A DNA stretch of 64,000 bases from Paecilomyces variotii (Eukaryota), in the NCBI GenBank assembly GCA_004022145.1, contig RCNU01000005.1. One strand, given 5' to 3'. This document shows, piece after piece, positions 62,916 through 64,000 of the stretch; position 1 is the first letter of the stretch; each line of letters starts with the position of its first letter. Made by a program: the position numbers and the translations under genes. Under the pieces are notes generated by a model. It was given only the letters and a program-made list of their open reading frames with translations, did not search any database and had not been told where the DNA came from.

Positions 62916-64000
62916 TTTTTTGGTGATTTTCTTTGTTGTCAGGTTGTATAATAATACTTATAGATGTGTTAAGCAGAAGGGCCGTCCTGTTTAGGTAATC
63001 CTTAACTGGGTCTTGGTAATAATGCACAGTCTCTTCTATAGCTTATGCGGTTAATGTATGGCACGAATATTTTAGTGCAAAGCAGCCTACGGTAATATTA
63101 TGTTCTACAGGCTCTAGAGTGTTCAATCCGAGAACTAATAATTAATCATCTTACATATGTTCGGTTAGTACGTTGATCACAAGCCCACAGATAGCTTCGA
63201 CACCCAATTTCCGCAGTAGGATTCTTCAAATCGCGGGATCAGTAAATGTAGTAATAGACTATTGGACCCAGGTAGTTAAGCACCTTCTAGCACAGGGTTG
63301 TCGTCCTCGCACTAACCTTTACAGTGCTGGGGCTAATATCCGTTTTCTATTTTGCTGAGTTTAATTTGTTTTGTGTAGCACCGCCCGTTGGGGTTCGAGC
63401 GAAGTGGGGACGAGAGCCACTTTAAAAAAAAAGGTTCGAAAAATCTAAGAACGTTCAACTTGTTCAACCAAATGCAGAATGATAACCATTTCGACCTTAA
63501 TGTGCTTAGTCGGTTGTGTTCATTCTTCCAAAAAAGAGACATAGGTTTTTACTTCTAAGGCATTCGCCTTCCTGGGCAGTATACGATTCCTTTCAACAAA
63601 ATGAATACTCGTAAGACCTGATTAAGGGACTATATTTTACCGCATGATTGCAGACCTGGTACCGAAAGTCAATGAACATGTTCAACAAATCAATATTTTC
63701 TTCTCTAGTACCTTCACTTGCCCCTGGTTTCTTAAGTGTTTCACCAAGCTTTCTGCATATGATGTCTTAGAAGACTCGGTCTTAGTATAAATACTTGAAA
63801 CGCAGACTTAAGCCTACCCAGCACTTTTCTTAGTGCCGGCCTTGACTGATACCAGCCACGATTCACCTTCTAGAAATATTCCTTTACTAGATAGTACGAG
63901 TGTATCCAATTGGAAATCACCTTTCACAATGACTGGAATCACTGCAATGATCAAAGCGGCCATTAGGTGAGTACTGATTAATATGTGAACGAAAGAGCCG

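Overview
This is filamentous ascomycete (Eurotiales-like) genomic DNA with spliceosomal introns, and it looks like an accessory or cargo region. From left to right it holds: (1) an intact Spok-like gene (coiled coil, PD-(D/E)XK nuclease, Cys cluster, kinase) with a mutated tandem copy of its 5' end; (2) a repeat-bearing hypothetical protein, a small conserved membrane protein and a degenerate tRNA; (3) the divergent zrfC-aspf2 zinc-scavenging pair with ZafA/PacC-type sites; (4) a Cys-rich secreted protein, an SRPK-like kinase flanked by an old duplication, pseudogenes and a Pogo/Fot1 transposon; (5) a compact seven-gene formaldehyde-detoxification cluster (GSH-dependent FDH, NDH-2, GSH-independent FDH-like, cupin, S-formylglutathione hydrolase, ADH, Gfa); (6) a GC-rich island encoding a BAH plus C5-DNA-methyltransferase-fold protein whose catalytic motifs are all replaced; (7) SUR7, pyruvate decarboxylase, PAQR-like, ankyrin, SesB-like relic, MITE, LINE fragment and OYE genes. 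The content resembles Starship cargo, but I see no DUF3435 captain or element boundary in the window. All family calls come from motif recognition by eye; no database searches were run.
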